Below, one piece after another: positions 40,149 through 51,353 of a stretch of DNA of 64,000 bases. Both the position numbers and the translations under genes were made by a program. The stretch's first letter is position 1. The number at the start of each line of letters is the position of its first letter. The notes beneath the pieces are model-generated. The model was not told where the DNA came from. It did no database searches and saw only the letters and a program-made list of their open reading frames with translations. The DNA comes from Gekko japonicus (lineage: Eukaryota): NCBI RefSeq assembly GCF_001447785.1, contig NW_015173751.1, forward strand, positions 18,875-82,874, written 5' to 3'.

Positions 40149-41671
40149 TTAATGGTTCCCCATCTCCATAGGCATTCCGCTGAGTCGTGATCCGTATGCG
40201 TGACACCCCAATAAGCAATGCCTCTACGGGAAGCTTGGCTTGATCTCATTCCTTAATCAAAATGTAAACGGCCACGGAAATGAATCAGAACAGAGATTGG
40301 CGGCCAGCTACAGCTAAGCCAGTTTGGCATTTCAAATCGCTGCTTGCCAGGGAAGTGAGGTAAAAGTTTGTTCACACATTTTTCTTTTCCTGACAGTGAA
40401 CTGTGCAGAGCTTTTGTCTCCAAGTTCCTGAGGTGGCAGCTGAGTTTTATCCTTTGAATATCTTTGGCTGCACATCAGACAGCAGTGCTGTGTATAATGA
40501 AGTTTTATGGCTGGGAGGCAGAGTAACCCCTTGGAATATCTCTGTCCTTAGGTTGTCCTACATAGAGGGAAAGCAATATATAATATTCTCTCATTCACTG
40601 TGAGAGCTGACGGCAGCCGGCTGGTATCCTTCAGGGTGAAAAGAAGGAGGGGGGAGTTACCTCTCTAGAATGTAGAACTTTCAATTTATCTTCATACAGA
40701 TGGAGGTTTTAGCCGTATATATTTGATGTAGGTTGTGTTGATAACAGGCTAGACACACTGGTATTGGGAACAGAATACAAGATTATACCCCGGCATCACA
40801 GGCAAAAGTCTTTTTAATAATGCAAGCAAACTTGAAAATACACAAGTGAGCTTAGTACTGCTAGCGGCACTGAGACAAATGTCCAGTAGTTTATTTGTAT
40901 AGACAGTTGATGTCATGTTAGTTCCAGAGTGTTGAATTTATTTCAAATTAATATTGGCTTAAATGCTAATATATATATATTTTTTAAAAATCTGATTATT
41001 GTTCCTTCTTTGATTCTGCTTCTCAGGCCATATTTTCTGTGAGACATTTGTAAAATGAATGCTACCCTTTTCCTTGGATGATACCCTTTCAGACACAGGC
41101 ACAGGCAGGAACAACCTCCCTAGATGTTGCTCATAGGAGCAGCTCTATTTTGAGGTTATACTGTCTTTGTGCCTTGGTTCCTTCCTACGGATATCTTTGT
41201 CCTCCCCCCTCCCCACCCTAAACAGTGTCCTGACTGCTCTCCCATCGAAAAAGCAACATATGCATGTAGATCGACTACGGCAAAAGGAAAGGGCTGGTCA
41301 AGCTTTCTTCTTTGTTTTCTGCTAAAGGAGGGGATGCTTCTTTATATGCAGAAAAGTTTTCAGTCACGTATTCCTGCTTGCAGTTTAGAGTGACAGAGCA
41401 TATTTATTGTACACATTTCAATCAGGTCCCAGTCCATACATGATCTGTTCCTTGACAGAAAGAGATTTTTTTTCTCTTCTAGATCAGCTTTCTAGTAGTT
41501 GAGGTGTTGGACTAGAATCTGGGAAATGCAGGTTCAAATCTGCAGCCTGCCATGCAGTCATTTTAGAGTCTAATGAGGGCAATTTAAAAATGTCCGTTCC
41601 CTCAAGTGTTGTTTCGGCACTTGAAAAGGCATTGGGGGGAAAAGCCCCTGTTCCTGGATCAGACCCATGCA

Positions 41672-42063
41672 TAGGGTTGCCGTTCTCCAGGCCTTGGCAG
41701 GAAATCCCCTGGTTTCAGGGGCTTCTGTCTGGCACCAGACCCCTAGTGGGTGAGGGAAACCCTGCCCACAAACAGCAACATCCCCACCCCACGCAACATC
41801 CCTGATGCAATAACATCATGTGGAAGTGACATCATCGCACAGGGGACATTGTGCACCCACACTCTGGTTTTTGGGCAAAACTCTATGGTTTGACCCCAAT
41901 TTTACCATAGAGTTTTGCCCCAAAACCAGAGCATTGCCACCAACATTGCTGATGTGATGACATCACTTCCGAGTGATGTTAGTGCACCAGGGATCTCCCC
42001 GCCCACTCCCGGAGTGCCTCCCAGATCCCCCTGCCAGCAAGATGAGGGAACCTGACAACCCTA
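41672..42063. mobile_element. AGGGTTGCCA-type MITE nested in a SINE head
   Basis: tagggttgcc...tgacaacccta; central palindrome ggcaaaactctatggtttga...ttaccatagagttttgcc. Related copy at ~45901-46233. Confidence 0.75.
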
Positions 42064-42327
42064 CCCATGCAGCAGTTTTAAATCACCTTGCTAGTCTTTA
42101 AAATGGTAGCCATATTGCTGGGTCGGACCCAGGGATGCCATCACATCTAGTTGTGCCCCCAGTCTAATGTACTTCACTAGGTTGTTGTGAAAACAAACTG
42201 ATGGTGAGGAGGATCAAGAAAATGGCTTTGTGCAGCCGTTTCTTGGCTTTTCAGCAACTTTGGTTCTGGCTTTTGTCCTAGTAAAATCATAGAAGGCCTC
42301 TTTCTAGGAACTTTATGATTTTGCAGT

Positions 42328-42330
<3 letters not shown>

Positions 42331-42364
<34 letters not shown>
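42331..42364. repeat. (AG)n microsatellite
   Basis: Direct reading. Confidence 0.97.
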
Positions 42365-42367
<3 letters not shown>

Positions 42368-42982
42368 TGGGAGTTAGACATGGGAACAAGTGGAATATGT
42401 TGGAAAAATAGTTAAATATTCAGAGATTGCAATGGATCTTTGCTTCACCGGAGAGGAGACATTTTTTTCTATGTAAAAATCTGTATTTCTAAGGGAAGGA
42501 TTCACAGGAAATCTACAAAACAACAACACCTAAGACTACAACTTTACACTTTTGACCATACGGTCTACAACAATGGAGATTCTTCTTCTTCTTGACACCT
42601 AGAAGGAAATCACCTAAATGCATTAACCAATGATTGTTAGTAAATAGGCTTCAGTTTCCCAGGCTTTCTTCCCATTGGCTTTCTGCCAGGTTCCCTTCCA
42701 GGTCAGTCTAAACAATAGCACACAAGGTAAACACATTTGACCCTATAATGACTGGATTTTAGACCTTGCAACACACATATTTCCAACAAGATCATTGGGG
42801 CCTAGAAGCCTCAAGGCCAGAGGACTAGGAAATAGTTTTGCCTCCATGTTCCATCTCACTAGCACAAGGAACTTAGAATGGGGGAAGGTGGCTTGCTTAA
42901 TTGTGCCTACATGCAGCTGCACGGTATGTGGTCACATGTATAATGACACACCTAATCAGACCACCTAGCTAGCAACACAATT

Positions 42983-44633
42983 TTTTTAAGCCCCCAGAGG
43001 GGATTTTTTTAATACTACAAAAACTACCAAGAAAAAATAGGGAAAGGGTAACTACAACTAGGGAGAAAGAAAAGCAACCCACACTAAAAACCCAAGGTTA
43101 GGAGATCATTCCCTGTTAAGCTACTGTTAGTAATAAAAAAAGAAAAGCTATTAATAAACAATGTACTTTGTGAGAACCTATCTTTCTAAGCTTATATGTT
43201 TGTTTGCTACTTGTTATGAGAGGATTTCCTGAGCATCTCCTCCAGCTCACTTCATAAAGGCAATTTTCAGAGCCCTTCCGCCTTTACATCTACACTACGA
43301 CTCTCTAAAATCTTAATAGCTTCTTAGACGTTCACTCCANNNNNNNNNNNNNNNNNNNNNNNNNNNNNNNNNNNNNNNNNNNNNNNNNNNNNNNNNNNNN
43401 NNNNNNNNNNNNNNNNNNNNNNACTAAAAACCCAAGGTTAGGAGATCATTCCCTGTTAAGCTACCATTAGTAATAAAAAAGAAAAGCTGTTAATAAACAA
43501 TATACTTTGTGAGAACCTGTCTTTCTAAGCTTATATGTTAGTTTGCTTGTTACTTGATATGAGAAGATTTCCCGAGCATCTCCTCCAGCTCGCTTCATAA
43601 AGGCAATTTTCAGAGTCCTTCCGCCTTTACACCTACACTGAGACTCTCTAAAATCTTAATAGCTTCTTAGACGTCACTCCAAATTCTGCAGCCCAGTCTT
43701 CCTCTGTCTTCAAAGGGATAAAAATACCAATCTTGAGCCTCTTCCTCTCTGGTCTCACCCTCAGGGCCCAGTGGCATCTCAAAAGTTTCTTGATTGTGAA
43801 GGCAAATTCAAGCTCTTTTCTCTCAGCAAGATTTAAGATGACACTTTCTGAGGACACTTGCAAGGAAGGAGTTAAGTCCATGTAAATCTTTTCTGTTTCT
43901 CTTGTACTTTCCCTCCTTTTCTCGTTGAAATCGCTGTTTAATTTAATGTCCATCTCTTTCGCTTTAAAAGCCCTCAGTTCCATTTTTTCTGTTATCGTTG
44001 CCAACTGGAGCTGCCGGGACACAAATTGTTGATTTATCTTGGCAAGCTGCTGGACAATACCAACAAGTTGCTCCAGAATCGTCTTGGTGGCTACCGCTAT
44101 AGAGGTTTCGGGGGGGATTTTGCTTCAAAGTATCCGTTTACAATCATTTCTCTCTCTCCCCCCCCCCTCCGCTTATGTAAATGCATCTGAGAGGCGTCCC
44201 TCTCTCAGCACAATTCCGATCGCTCAAAAAGTTTTTCCTTTGGGAGGGGGGTTCTCTTCTGAAGACAATTTGCTCATTTTAACTCACAGTTCGCTTCTTA
44301 ACTCACTGTTCATTGTTGGTCTTTATCTTGACCACACTCTTGATCGCTCCTCCACTAGATCTTTTGCACTTGACCGGTTCAACACAGCTTATGGCCTTGC
44401 TGAGAGGATGCAGTCAGCGGGAGGGACCGTCAGGGCGGAGGGGAGCCACCATCTCCCTGCAGGTAGCAGGAAAAAAGGCCCACCCTCAAAAGCCCTATGA
44501 CCTGGGAGTTCCCCCCAAACTCCTGTGGAGGTGCTGATCCAGTGGCACCCCTCCCCCTCGCTGATATACAACACACCTTCCCAAAGAGCTGGAAAAGGTG
44601 TCCGCCATCGCTGTGCTGTAGACCCCGCCCTCC
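42983..44633 (-). mobile_element. Non-autonomous retrotransposon with a single orphan ORF and 16-bp TSD
   Basis: Perfect direct repeat agctagcaacacaatt at 42967-42982 and 44634-44649; GC-rich 5' end GGAGGGCGGGG...GATGGCGG; stop-free frame 44124-43648; short A tail on the minus strand. Confidence 0.8.
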
Positions 44634-45250
44634 AGCTAGCAACACAATTGACTGGTCAACTAGACTCAGGCCAACTGCTGGCAGTTTGGCATAAAGTAAA
44701 ACCCTTCATTCTAGTTTTGCACCTTTCTAGTTTGGATATCTCTTGATTTGTGGGCCAAATTGGGCCTTGCATGTCCAGAACACATGCTCTTGGACTTTGA
44801 AACTTTGCCTAGATTCCATGTCTCAGTCTGATCAGGTAGCATTTGGATTAGAGAACCAAAGCTTGTGTAAATATCTTAGGTTGGCTATTTAGATTTTATT
44901 TTTTTTCCCTTGTTTGTCATTGCTCTTATATTTGTATATTCCTACACATTTCTTTTAATAAACCTCCTGTGGTGTTTTTTTTTTTTTTGGGGGGGGGGGT
45001 TGGGGATTCAATCTAAATTCCGTATTTTAGCCTTCATTGGCTACTGATACCAGAGTAATTGTTTTTGAAACTCAGCTTGCAAATGTCCCACCCAGAAGGG
45101 CTAGAGACTCTGTCCCTTGTTCTCTGGCTGGAGGGTTAGAAAAACGGACTGGTTACCCTGGGGTTGTGAGGATTCAGTCCCCTGCATTTTGTGTTTGTTT
45201 TGCCTGACCTGTCTCTTTAGAAGTTTGCCAGGGAGAACCATGTACTGAGA

Positions 45251-45877
45251 TTTTTATTTATTTAACTTTCGACTTGCTACCCCGCTCAAACCCCACACAG
45301 GAGGTCTCTGAGCGGCTCTACAGTTAACCATTATCCCTTACCTAAGGCCACATATATGCTGGGGTGGGGACTGTCCTAACAGCACCCAGTGGAGGGACAT
45401 TCTGGATCGGCTCGTCGGCATGGCTTTCTTCTGGCTTCTTTCCTCCCGGTGGTGGTACAGCAGGCCTCCCTGGCGCTCGGCGCGGTTCCGGTGCAACTTC
45501 CGGTTCCGTCCATTAAGCCTCCACCGTGCATACGCCTTCCATGCTCCGGCATCTTTCCTGGCTCCACCTTCCACCAGCATCCGGACCCTCGAAGATGTTA
45601 TGCCTCCATCGCCATTTTCCCGCCGCTCGCCATCTGCCACTCGTCGTTGTTGCTCCACGGACCCCCTCAATGGGGGGAGGGTGCCCCCTACCATCTAAGG
45701 TAGGTACCCATTGATCTACTCGCACATTTGATGTTACATCGTGCTTTCGAACCGCTGGGTTGGCGGGAGCTGGGAACAGGGCCAGGTGCTCACTCTGGCC
45801 ACGGTGGGAATTGAACAGCTGTCGCAGCTGTTTGTAGATGTTATATGCAGGCATTTAACCGCCTGCGCCACCGCTTC
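45251..45877 (-). mobile_element. Chimeric SINE: Sauria-type tRNA head, GC-rich core, L2-type tail (most complete copy)
   Basis: A-box GGTGGCGCAGGCGG, B-box-like GTTCAATTCC, Sauria motif cccagctcccgccaacccagcggttcgaaagc...ggtacc, unique core, tail ctgtagagccgctcagagacc...gagcggggtag...taaataaataaaaa. Confidence 0.75.
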
Positions 45878-48101
45878 AACATTGGCCTGGGACCTAAGAT
45901 TATGGTTGCCATGTGTTGCCTGGCTGCTGGCAGGGGGTTCCAGCCCGGGTTCCTGACATGTATGCTATGCACACATGCTTAGATGACATCACCTGGAAGT
46001 GACATCATCACGCCAGGCACATCATGCAGGGGGCCTCTAGCATTTAGCCAAAATTCTATGCTCACCATAGATTTTTTAGCCAAATGCTAGAGAGTCCCCC
46101 AGGTGATGTGCCCGGCATGATGATGTCACCTCTGGGTGATGTCATCACACTGGGCACATTGGGTATAATGGGGCTCATTGGGGCCTCCTGAAAGTGGGGT
46201 GACCCCTGCCCCCATCAGGGGGATGTCAACCCTGAGACTTCAGGAGAAAGGACCAGATTATTGTGTACAAAATAATTATCAGAGCCAAGTGATTGTAAGC
46301 CAGTGAACAAAGGAGGTCACCACTTCCTTCTTTCCCCCACCTCCGTTGCAGTCACCTTTCTCCCTAATTGTGGCTCTGTTCTCTCCTCCCTGTCACAGCC
46401 ACAGCCCTCCCCTACAGCAGCAACTCCCTTCTTCCTTTGCAGTTGTGTTAAAGGCCATGGTGTGTGTGATTATCTAACATTCTTCCATTGTTGGAAAATC
46501 GAAAGGAATGGAAAAACTTGCTGCTCCCCCACTCCAGCACCTCTCCCTCTAGGAATGGGAGCTCACCCTTGAAGCCTTTGCACATGCACATGTGTAAAGG
46601 AAGCCTTACACCAAGTGAGACCCTTGATCCCTGTAGTTCAGTAGGTCATGCTCTGACTAGCAGTGTCTCTCCAGGTGCTCAGGCTAAGGTTTTCAGCATC
46701 ACCTACCATGTGATTGTTTTAACTATATATGCCGAGGACCAATCTGGGTATCTTCTGCACTCCCTGTCACTGAGCCATGGCCCTTCCCCTTTTGCAATGT
46801 TTCTGGAGCCTCTGGGCTAATTGAGAAAGGCACCTGGAAAAGGCAGCAGAGTGTGATTCTTTTGTACTGTGCTTGCTTCACTGACACCAGGGATCTCTTG
46901 TGCTGGAAAATAATAGATTGATCTAGCCTCTCCCACTTCTAGGCTGTATGTCTCAGCAGGTGCCCATCACCCTCTTCAAGATAAATGAGCTCAATTTCCC
47001 CAGAAGTCAAATGGCCAAATAGTCCTGCCTCATGGGCAAAGGTGAGACAAAGCTGGAAATATGGGCAAAATTAGCTACAACAACTGGTGCAATATCTTAT
47101 TTGTGTGGTTTTAAATTCAGATTCCTGTGAAAAATAATTACAGGATGCCACAAAATGATAAATCCTTTTTTCAGATTCCTGTGAAAAATAATTACAGGCT
47201 GCCACAAAATGATAAATCCTTATCATTCTTCTCTGATCTGATCTGTCATGAAATTGATTCACTATAAACTGTAGCACTCCCCAAGGTTGTATCTTGATAG
47301 TGCAATATGTATGTCAACAAGTAGTCTTGGAAGAATCATGTGTGTGTGTGTGCGCGCGCACACACACACACACATGAGTGATTTGTGGAACCTTGTTACC
47401 TAACCCTTGGACTGCTTTTGGATGCTGCCTTGGAACAGGTGCTTTGACCCTGGATTGAGACCTTGGACTGCCTTCTGACTTTGCATTTGGATTGTGTTAT
47501 CTGACCCTAGACTTCAACATTGGCCTGGGACCTAAGAACCCCTGCTGGGATTTGCCTGCTGCCTGGTAGCCAGGACAGTCCCTCATGTTGATCCCTGACA
47601 GTGGTTATGGGAATAGTTAAGGAGAAGCTTTTGGGTCTAGACAGGCGTTTCAGTCTTCGCTGTGGTAGAAGGGATGGTATTGCCTCAAGCAGATAGGTGT
47701 TCTGGTTATCATTAATTTTCTACCTTGAAAGAAAGAGGGGAAGGGGGGGGAGTTATTGTTCTTTGTAACCCGCCCTGAGCCCTGCTATGCAGGGGAGGGT
47801 GAGCTACAAATTTAATGAATTAAATAAATAAATAAAGATTGTGTGAATTAGGTCTCTGTATTATGGGTCTCTGTGTGGGTCACCTACCTCACATATTACT
47901 TCAGGGGCTTTGGGGGAGGTAAACACACACGTATTCCTATTCATCATCTGGCCAAGCATTTAAATTGGTACTTGTTCCTGTGCTGTGCAAGTTATATTTT
48001 ATTGTTGATATAGCCTTGTTCCGATTTCAGTCATATATAATTCAGATGAAGTGGTGATAATAATAAAGATCAGAAATTGGGACAGAAGGTTATACCAGAG
48101 T

Positions 48102-48398
48102 TAGGGATGGGCATGAACCAGGAAAATGGTGGTTCGTTTGATTAAACAAACCACTAACCATGAATTTACATGAACTTTTCTGTTTCCCCAAACCAGTTCA
48201 TGGTTCATCAGGTTTGTGAGTTCGTAGAATGGCCTCACCCGGAAGTGAGCCCCGAAGGCATTTAAATGCCATGAAAAACACGGAGGTTTGTGAGTGGATT
48301 GTGGCAGACACATTCTCCCAAACCCCTGGTTCATGAACCATAAACTGGCCTGGATCATGCTTGAACTGGGGTTTATTTGGGTGTTTGTGCTCATCCCT
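48102..48398. mobile_element. MITE with AGGGATGGGCA...TGCTCATCCCT ends
   Basis: Inverted termini and many internal gaacca/tggttc inverted motifs. Confidence 0.7.
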
Positions 48399-49792
48399 GA
48401 TCAGTGTATAATATAACTCTTAGAAGATGGTTTTGTATTCTGCCCAGTGTCTGCAGACTACAGGAGAATACTTGTAGTCATCTTCTTGAAGCTTGGCACC
48501 CATTCTACCCCTTCCTTTAAGATTTGCTCACTTCTCTTGACTCTCTTTCCATTCCCCAGTCAGCCATAACTGGGTAACGTTAACCCAAACTCTCAAACTA
48601 ATGTAAACTAAGAGGTTGTTGTGAGGATGAAATGGAAAAAGAATTATGGACACCACCCTGAACTCCTTGGAGGAAGTGTAATAAAATGTGGTAAAATATA
48701 ACAGATTAAGTGAAGTGTTGGTAAGTTAAGTGCGATCAAAAGTCTAGGACTGAAAGAACAACTTTAGGCATATATAAGGGCTCGAGTATACTCCATAGAA
48801 TTTTTCTGAGACTAAAATCTCTAATGTCAGCAAATCTCTAGTATAATAATAATTATTATTATTAGATTTCTGAATTGCCCAATGTGATTTACAGCATTAA
48901 AACAGATAAAATACAAACAGCATGATAACATTATTACAGTGCACTAAGAAAACAACCAATCCAGATGGTGATCAATCCTTTTTGCCAGTTGCCATGCTCT
49001 CCGTGCAGCAGGGTGGGGAAGGGAACGTGGGGTCAAAAGTAAAAAAGGAGGGTGCCAGTTTTAACCATTGCTGTCCTCAGCCAAAAGCCTGGTGGAACAT
49101 CTCTGCCTTACAGGCCCTGTGGAATTTCATCAGATCCCATAGGGATCTCTCAAACCAGAATTGGCAATTCAAGTAATAGCCTAGTGACAAGCAGGTTTCT
49201 GTAGCTGATGTCAAAAGTAATGTAGGTATGCCATATGATGCTGTTCTGGGAGGCAAAAGGGGTTCCCATTAATGCAGGAGATGGCACAAAGGAGTTCCCA
49301 TTAATGCAAGTGATGGATGACTCTATGCAGAAATGTTGTCGGTTTTGAGGTGGAATGTTGGAAAAATTAGAAGGTCTGGGGGAGGAAAAAGGTGTTTCAA
49401 GGCATGATGGAAAAGCACCAGTCTGTAGCTTTTGCAGTGTAATCCTATGTAGAGTTATTCCAGTGTAACCCCATAGGATTACACTGTTAGAGTGTTAAAG
49501 TAGAATATAGGTCATGTTGCAGAATTTATTGCATAATATCATGGTATTGGGTACAAAATAGGTCTTATAGTGTACCAAAGACTACTTCAGAAGTTGAACA
49601 AAGTTTGAGTCCAGTGGCACCTTTAAGAATAAGAGCAACAAAGTTTTATTCTGGGTATAAACTTTTGTGGGCATGCATTAAAATCAGTGACTTTAGAAGG
49701 TGTTGGAAATTTTGTAGAGTGCATAAAGCGCTGTGGAATAACACATCAAAAGACATGAGTTTGTTTAGCTTCTAAGAAAAATACTTTACAAA

Positions 49793-50162
49793 GGCCCCGG
49801 TCACACGGAGGATTTGCTGCGGAAGAGGCATGAATGTTGGGCGGAGTATACGGGCACGATCACAAGGACACACCTGGCAAGCATAGCAGACCCGTAGCAT
49901 CTGCCCGAAGATCCGGAGTTAAAAAATACCCAGGAAAGCCTACTAGCAATTTTTTTGTTACGGACTATCAATGGAATACCTATGTGTGATCGCTCAAGCA
50001 CACTCCTCTCACCGTGTTGATGCGCGCCGCAAACACGCTCCGACAAACAAAACCCTGATTTGCCGCCACCACGTCTGATCGCGTTCTGGCACATTAAATT
50101 GCGCCAGTGTGAAAAGCCACGCCTCCCCCCCCCTGCATTATCTGGCCCGTGAGACTGAGGCC
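49793..50162. mobile_element. Harbinger-like non-autonomous DNA transposon, CpG-rich
   Basis: ggccccggtcacacgg...ccgtgagactgaggcc TIRs; same left end as 39111. Confidence 0.65.
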
Positions 50163-50185
50163 TAGAAAACATAGGGAAAGGGTTA

Positions 50186-51353
50186 CATAGAAAGGGGAAA
50201 ACAATATCAGCCCAAGTCATCTTTCTAGTTCTAACTCCATCTTTGTCCCTCCATTCTGCTCATGCTGTTCTGTTCTTCTGTTCTGACCCTAAGAACAAAG
50301 AAATGGAAGTTTCTCCACAAGGCCGCACCCCTTGAGTATGTGCAGAATAGTCAGTCTTAAGATCACCTCATTAAGAATAAGACCTCCCCCTTGTTGGTGG
50401 GAAGATTCTACTTGGCACCCAATTGGTTCTATCCTACACTTGTTTACTAGCTTAAGAAACACCATCTTAACCCTTTCATGACAGAGAGGATGACACTTGC
50501 ACAACTCAACAGTAGGCTATAACTCTGCTTAGGCTAGCACTGAGAAACATGATGGAGCTTTAAAGAACATTGCCCATTTCTTTAACCTCATTTATATTTC
50601 TTAAAGAATTTTTAAAAGATATCCTTTATGGTAGGGAAGATTATATTGTTTTAATCCTTTGAATGCTGCAGATTCAATCATTACTTTTTAAAAGTTTCTA
50701 CAACACAAATGTACAATGATGAATCAGATCTGCATGGAGATTGAAACTGTAACACAAATATCCACAGGTCATAGAAAGGGGAAAACAATATCAGCCCAAG
50801 TCATCTTTCTAGTTCTAACTCCATCTTTGTCCCTCCATTCTGCTCATGCTGTTCTGTTCTTCTGTTCTGACCCTAAGAACAAAGAAATGGAAGTTTCCCC
50901 ACAAGGCCGCACCCCTTGAGTATGTGCAGAATAGTCAGTCTTAAGATCACCTCATTAAGAATAAGACCTCCCCCTTGTTGGTGGGAAGATTCTACTTGGC
51001 ACCCAATTGGTTCTATCCTACACTTGTTTACTAGCTTAAGAAACACCATCTTAACCCTTTCATGACAGAGAGGATGACACTTGCACAACTCAACAGTAGG
51101 CTATAACTCTGCTTAGGCTAGCACTGAGAAACATGATGGAGCTTTAAAGAACATTGCCCATTTCTTTAACCTCATTTATATTTCTTAAAGAATTTTTAAA
51201 AGATATCCTTTATGGTAGGGAAGATTATATTGTTTTAATCCTTTGAATGCTGCAGATTCAATCATTACTTTTTAAAAGTTTCTACAACACAAATGTACAA
51301 TGATGAATCAGATCTGCATGGAGATTGAAACTGTAACACAAATATCCACAGGT
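50186..51353. repeat. 584-bp tandem duplication (2 copies)
   Basis: 50186-50769 and 50770-51353 differ by only one substitution that I could find (ttctcc vs ttcccc); duplicated ORFs 50289 and 50873 are offset by 584. Confidence 0.95.

Noticed and set aside
45338-45703. Arg-rich 118-aa ORF and overlapping antisense ORFs in the chimeric SINE core (also 60435-60953)
   Set aside because: Expected from GC-rich, T-poor composition; the start codon and frame are not preserved in the 60 kb copy.
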